From Lama guanicoe (lineage: Eukaryota): a stretch of 64,000 nucleotides of DNA. The notes below the pieces were generated by a model. That model was not told the origin of the DNA. It searched no databases and saw only the letters and a program-made list of their open reading frames with translations. Positions 59,829 through 64,000 of this stretch are shown here, piece after piece. The position numbers and the translations under genes are program-made. The stretch is taken from NCBI GenBank assembly GCA_013239625.1, contig MU053810.1, positions 1,001,320 through 1,065,319 of the forward strand, written 5' to 3'. Numbering within the stretch: position 1 is the first letter of the stretch; the number at the start of each line of letters is the position of its first letter.

Positions 59829-59980
59829 TCAAGGGAGCATTTAAAGGGACATGCAAGTTATCCAAGTTTTTGTTTACTGACGTAGAGCCCAGGACAGAAG
59901 TGGCTTTATCTTTGGCATAGAACGTTATTTCAACACTTCTGTAGTATATGTTTTAATAATTTACCTTTCTGTAATTATAG

Positions 59981-60133
<153 letters not shown>

Positions 60134-60698
60134 TGAACACTGAAATAATCAGTTCTTGATATCCAAATATAAGCTATATTTCAATCTTTCAATAATGTTG
60201 TTCACTAACTACACTAATACCTCATACCAGGGTGTGGATTGTGTCACTTGTCCTTGAAAACTAAAACATGTTTTGTTTTGTTTTTAAAAAAGGTAAAAAA
60301 TATGATATATTACAGTCCAGGTGTTAGACTGTCTTTCAATAACTTTCTACACGTGTGGCTAGAATTGTCATATACAGATTTTTTAAATTACAAAAATTGT
60401 GAAAGAAGTTAAAAATGTTTTGCATGTTTTAAAAACACCTCTTTAGAAATTCAGTTCTACTTTAATTTTGTTTGGCACTTCAAGCAAATAGATAACTAAA
60501 GTCATGTTTCAGGATCACCCAGTTCAAAAAAATTGACTGTGCTTGGAAAAGTGACTTAAGGCCAATGAAGAATTTCACATTTGATCCTAAAATTCTGTTT
60601 AAATTTGAAACAGCCTTTTCAAGAAACAGATGTAGTTGGACTAATTCTTTTGCTAAATATTTTGTAGAGATTTTCAATTAAGAGATGGGTATATTGTG

Positions 60699-60701
<3 letters not shown>

Positions 60702-60729
<28 letters not shown>
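60702..60729 (+). repeat. (TA)n microsatellite
   Basis: Direct reading. Confidence 0.95.
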
Positions 60730-60733
<4 letters not shown>

Positions 60734-61594
60734 GAACATATATTCCTTAAATATATAATAGTTAAATGGGCATTTTTCAAAATGTAACCACTGGGTTCTG
60801 AGAGGATGCTGAAACGGTATGCATTATGTCTGCAGTTACTTTGTTAGCTTACACTAATTGATGTTTCTCTCTGACACCCCCACGTTTAGGTCTCAGTTAA
60901 CAAATAGGAATAAATATTAAAAAATGTCACTTGAAACCTGTCACACTTCATTTTTCTTAATTTCTTTATGTGAAAAACAATTAGTTGTGGAAATCAGGCA
61001 TGTCATACCTTCTGAAGTTATGTTTCCTTAAACAAATTTAGTGAGAGGAGAAGTTACATTCTTAACAGGAGCTAAATCAAGGGTGTGATATAGGAGAAAC
61101 AATTCTGAATTGAGACCTGTGCTAAAGAATTTTTAATTAAAGCCCTTTTTAAAAAGATTTTTCATTGGTGAGGCTGTCTGTTCTATGTGCTGACTATATT
61201 GTGTTAACATGCATTTATAGGATTCAGAACGTGTGTCCTGAATTTATAATAAACCTTTCTAAGCAGTGTGTGTGGTTTTGATAGACATTAAAGAATGCAA
61301 AGCAGCAGATTTAACCATTAATGAGTTTCAGAGGGTTAACCAGAATTACCTTATTTCTGTTATTTAATTAAACATTTTCCTTCTCCTAATCAAATAGTGG
61401 ATCACCAGAATTGGAATAGCAGGAAGGCATTAAAATTGACATTGAAGAGAATGTTTCTAGAAGCTAAAGTGTGGTTAAAGGTTTTAAGTTATCACTAAAA
61501 TTAACCTCAGCAGAAGTCTCTGTGAGTACTTGATCTCACAGAGAATTCTTTTCACAAATTAACTCAAAACTCATTTATGTGTGCTTCTCTCCAA

Positions 61595-61770
61595 ACAGTA
61601 GCTTAGTTGATTAGAACATAATTCTCATTAGGCCAAAATTATATGCATTATTCCTGAAAGGCCAATGGTTTTACACAATGAAAAAAAAAAACTTTCCTAC
61701 TGATTTTGCAAATCTATCTAACAGGCAGTTATAGGATCTCCTTCATGGAATTTAGTATTACTACTGGGCA
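61595..61770 (+). mobile_element. Ancient tRNA-Ile-headed SINE relic (MamSINE1-like)
   Basis: tagcttagttgattagaacataattctcattaggccaa...ggcca aligns colinearly with recalled tRNA-Ile(AAT), mostly by transitions. Confidence 0.5.
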
Positions 61771-62015
61771 GGAGTTTAGGGATAGGGGTGGAAAAGGAGT
61801 TTAAAAATGTGCCACACCTTATGACTGTGAATTATGTTATGTTTGTGGGGCAGAATGGCCAGAGATTTACTGAGACCCTGTGTTTGAATTAAAACTTTAA
61901 AGTTCCTCATCCTCAGCATATTAAAAAACTAGTGTTCATGAAATGATTAGGCATTCCATTTATTTGTTGGAGAAGAAGATGTTATAAAACGTCTCTCCAT
62001 CTCTTAATTTTGAAG

Positions 62016-62114
62016 CTGGATTTGTGACCCATGAGGACGCAGGCTGTATGTCATCCAGCAAGGTCTGTGATTTTCCACCTGACTGCCCCGATGGAGCAGA
62101 TGAAGCCAGCTGTG
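62016..62114 (+). CDS. MALRD1: Putative MALRD1 exon, degenerate LDLa module (AGFVTHEDAGCMSSSKVCDFPPDCPDGADEASC), 99 nt, phase 1-1
   Basis: ctcttaattttgaag acceptor; G|gtgagt donor; in phase with the previous exon; CD...DC.DG.DE..C LDLa signature with only 4 Cys. Confidence 0.75.
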
Positions 62115-62239
62115 GTGAGTGGCAGTCCTGACTCACTCCGCGAAGATCTGTGTGTACGTGTGTGCTCTCTGCTTGTAGTGTGTACTACTTAAGTTGTCTG
62201 ATGAAGAATGTTTCTTTTTTCGGTTGTTCCAATTTTTAT

Positions 62240-62930
62240 CGAATTTTAATTTTTATTGAGGTATAATTGACATATATCATTATATTGATTTCAGACATAC
62301 AACTTACTGATCTGATATTTATAATGCAAAATAATCACAACAGTAAGTCTAGTTAACACCCATCGCCATACATAGTTATACAAATTTTTTTCCCTTGTGA
62401 TGAGAACTGTTAAGATTTGCTCTTAATCAACTTTCAAATATGCAATACTGCATTATTAACTATAATTGCCATGCTCTTCATTATATCTTCATGACTTATT
62501 TTATAACTGGAAGTTTGTGCCTTTTGACCCCCTTTGCTCATTTTGCCCACTCCCATCCCCCAATTCCCTGCCCTTGGCAATCACCAATCTGTTTCCTGAA
62601 CTAGGACCTTGGTTTTTGTTGTTGTTGTTTGTTTTTTAGATTTCACATATAAGTGACATCTTACGGTATTTATCTTCACTGTCAGACTTACTTCACTTAG
62701 TATAATGCCCTTAGGATCCATCCATGTTACCCAAAATGGCCAAAGATTCCCTTCTTTTTTATGGCTGAATATTATTCCATTGTGTGTATGTACCACATTT
62801 TCTTTATTCATCTATCAGTGGAAACGTGGGTTTTTTCCATATCTTGGTTACTGTAAATAATACTGCAGTGAACATGGGAGTGCATGTATCCTTTCAAATT
62901 ATTAGTGGTTTTGTTGTCTTCAGATAAATT
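62240..62930 (-). mobile_element. L1 (L1MA-like) 3' end
   Basis: tttattgaggtataattgaca...agtctagttaacaccc...agatttcacatataagtga...gcagtgaacatgggagtgca. Confidence 0.85.
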
Positions 62931-62934
62931 TCCA

Positions 62935-63195
62935 TCTTTTGTGTTCCGTGGACTCAGTTCTGGTGTAGGGAGGGGTGCTCCCAACACCAAGCCATGCTCA
63001 GGATACCAGCTGGGTGTCCTGCAGTTCAACCCAGTTCTGGCGCGGTCTACCCAGAGATTCTGCCAGCTTCCACAGGTTAACGGTTCAGTCCTATGACACT
63101 GCCTTGTCCCCCCTCATCTGCTGTACTTTGGACGACAGTCACAAGTCCAGGTTGTTACTGTGCATCTGACTGACAACAAATCAGAAAAGTTCATG
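62935..63195. mobile_element. MER21-like LTR fragment
   Basis: caccaagc...ccagctgggtgtcctgcagttcaa...ccacaggttaacggttcagtcc...caagtccaggttgttac. Confidence 0.6.
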
Positions 63196-64000
63196 CCAGA
63201 GTGATTGTGTATCTGCGTTCCTGTTGACATTTATGAAAAATCTTTGGTAAATAATCTGTGTACTTCCATTTAAGAGAATGTTTAAAATTATGCAGATAGC
63301 TCTCAAGCGCAATTTGGCATCAGTAAGGCAAGTCCTAATAGGGTTTGGGGGCCAGCGTGGGAGGCAGAGAGCAGAGTCAGGGCCAGGAGTGCTTAGATGT
63401 TCACAGTGCTCTGGGAAGTCCACTTCCCCCGCACAGGTTATTGAAATCAGTATGGTACTAGCAACATTTTTAAGGACATCTCTTTAGTTTTCTTAGATAA
63501 AAGTGTTGTTTTCAATTACTTTAGGATAGATTCTTAAAAAGTAGAAGTTTTGGTTTAAGTGGTTATTTAATGACACTTGGTGCATTTTGCCAATTTTGGG
63601 GGATCAAATTATGTTAATAAACAGCTAAGTCAGCAACTTAGAAGGGTTCCAGTTTTGTTGTGCTAGGAGTACGTTTTGAAATCTGCTTTAACTTCTCTCA
63701 TGGTCATGAAGATACTATTCAGAAGTTCCCATTTTTGTGAACAAATACTTAGTTTTTATTGAAGACTAAAATAAGTGATAATACTTTACATAGAACTTGG
63801 CTGTAGTTCTCAAAAATAAATTATATACTGCGAAGTGAAGATTTCAAGTGTCAGATAGTATCAGCGATATGCTTTGTCATGTCTGCACTGGGTAAACAGG
63901 GTATGTATATATATATATGTCTGTATATGTATAAATTATTCTAATCTGTAACACATAATTAAATGAGAAAGGCACATTCTTTTTCAACAACTCTGTGTTG

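Overview
AT-rich mammalian genomic DNA, probably a camelid judging by the tRNA-derived SINE and L1 3' ends. The window lies inside one large + strand gene, MALRD1 (MAM and LDL-receptor class A domain containing 1; Diet1). I reconstructed 12 internal coding exons (1029-62114) with GT-AG boundaries and compatible phases. They give an open 1615-nt frame (538 codons) encoding: end of MAM, Cys-rich linker, MAM, LDLa, MAM, degenerate LDLa. The gene start and end lie outside the window. The introns are full of L1 fragments (several young, with target-site duplications), vic-1-like SINEs, L2, MIR, MER3, LTR fragments and microsatellites. Nearly all ORFs in the supplied track are spurious or L1-derived. 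I see no convincing new biological system. The best leads are a phase-symmetric degenerate LDLa exon (62016-62114) that I do not recall in canonical human MALRD1, an exon with an atypical duplicated acceptor flanked by an old direct repeat, and several unusual L1 insertion structures. Repeat family names and human comparisons are from memory, not database searches.
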